NCBI GenBank assembly: GCA_964016885.1
Contig: CAXHJY010000018.1
Location: 35,001 to 99,000 of the forward strand
Origin: Eledone cirrhosa
Lineage: Eukaryota
Reading direction: 5' to 3'
DNA length: 64,000 nucleotides
Positions within the stretch are counted from its first letter, which is position 1. Each line of letters begins with the position of its first letter. Below are positions 62,823-64,000 of the stretch, in pieces. The notes under the pieces are model-generated. The model had not been told where the DNA came from. It ran no database searches and saw only the letters and a program-made list of their open reading frames with translations. The position numbers and the translations under genes are program-made.

Positions 62823-63960
62823 CGTTCGACCACCCCCCTCCCCCCACACTTATCCCCCACTAACACCACTAACACACCCCTCCTTTTCACCGCCCGCCCC
62901 ACACTAACAATACTAACACCTCCACTCCACCCCTCATCTGACCACCCTTCCCCAACTAACATACTAACATCCCTTCCCTCCCCTCTTCTCCTCCTCCCCC
63001 CTCCTTATCACACGCACCCACTTAGACCACCCACCCCACACGCAACTAACATCACTAACACCCTCCAACCCCACGCACACGTACTCACACACCCTCGTAC
63101 ACCACCAACTCTACACACCCTACCCCCACTAACCCCCACTCACACCTGCATTCCACCCCTCCCCACCTCCCGTATACTAACACCCACTAACACCTCTTCA
63201 CCAAACTACACACACACCAGTACACCACACTCCCTCCATAGAACCACACACACCCTTCTCTCGCCGCTCCACACTCACTCATCCCACTAACACCCCTACT
63301 AATACACACACACACACACACACCCTCCTCACTCCAACTCTCACACCTACCCATCCTCGCCTCCCTACCATTCCGCCGACTGCTGCTATGCCCTTCCGAC
63401 CACTGTCTCAGCACCAACTGACCACAGCACTTCCACTGCTGACACTTCCTGTTGCGCGCGCACCCCACATCTCTCCTCTTCCGACCACCGCTTCTTGGAT
63501 TACCCACACGCGTTATTGACTTCTAACCAAAATCTCCAAACATCCGTGTAACTTACCAACTTTCAACCATCCTCTTACACCATCACCTATATAACTCACC
63601 CACACACACACCCCCCAAATTTTTTTTTATCCACACGCCACCCACACCCACAACACGCTTAAACCACACACACGTGCTTCCCACCACATATTTACACCCT
63701 CAGCCTCCTGATTCCTCTCCCCCCCCTATCCACACACGCACAAACCCTCCGACCCCCCCCCCCCCCACACCTTCCTGAGCATGCAACCCCGTTCTTCCCC
63801 CAACCCTCACTTTCACATACACACACACACACACGCACGCACACCTAACCACACACACCACCTTCAGCCCTCCCCGCTCGGACACCCCGCCTCCCTCTCT
63901 CCACTCCACCCGCCACCACCCCTACTCACCCCACACCCTTCCACCACCTGTTTACCCCCC
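62823..63960 (+). repeat. C/A-rich low-complexity trailer after the PLE
   Basis: Strong C skew with recurring actaaca units. Confidence 0.75.
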
Positions 63961-64000
63961 TTTTAATTTCAGTTTATTTTGATCATGCCTTTATTTTTAA

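Noticed and set aside
62823-63310. Telomeric repeat array
   Set aside because: actaac units are irregular and are not tandem CCCTAA.

Overview
AT-rich, microsatellite-dense animal genomic DNA. The repeat families suggest an octopod cephalopod (inference). The whole window appears to lie inside one minus-strand host gene, a voltage-gated calcium channel alpha2-delta subunit (CACNA2D3/straightjacket-like). Four GT-AG exons (51590-51653, 18684-18834, 10636-10800, 3455-3589) splice in frame to give the end of the Cache region and the VWA domain. The introns hold a retroelement collection: one ORF-intact RTE LINE with an embedded PHD-like finger and a 204-bp tandem 5' array, further RTE copies of two subfamilies, a 5'-truncated Tx1/L1-clade element, CRE-type endonuclease remnants, Neptune-type Penelope-like elements (PLEs), two tRNA-derived SINE families, and hAT and Tc1/mariner MITEs. 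Main findings: (1) three unrelated long fold-back palindromes each carry a minimal hammerhead-ribozyme-like core and share a flanking motif; (2) the conserved ligand-binding Arg of alpha2-delta is encoded as CAG (Gln), which A-to-I editing could restore; (3) near-identical inverted LINEs bracket that exon. Most short ORFs in the track are noise. Repeat boundaries were read by eye and are approximate unless a TSD or splice site is quoted.
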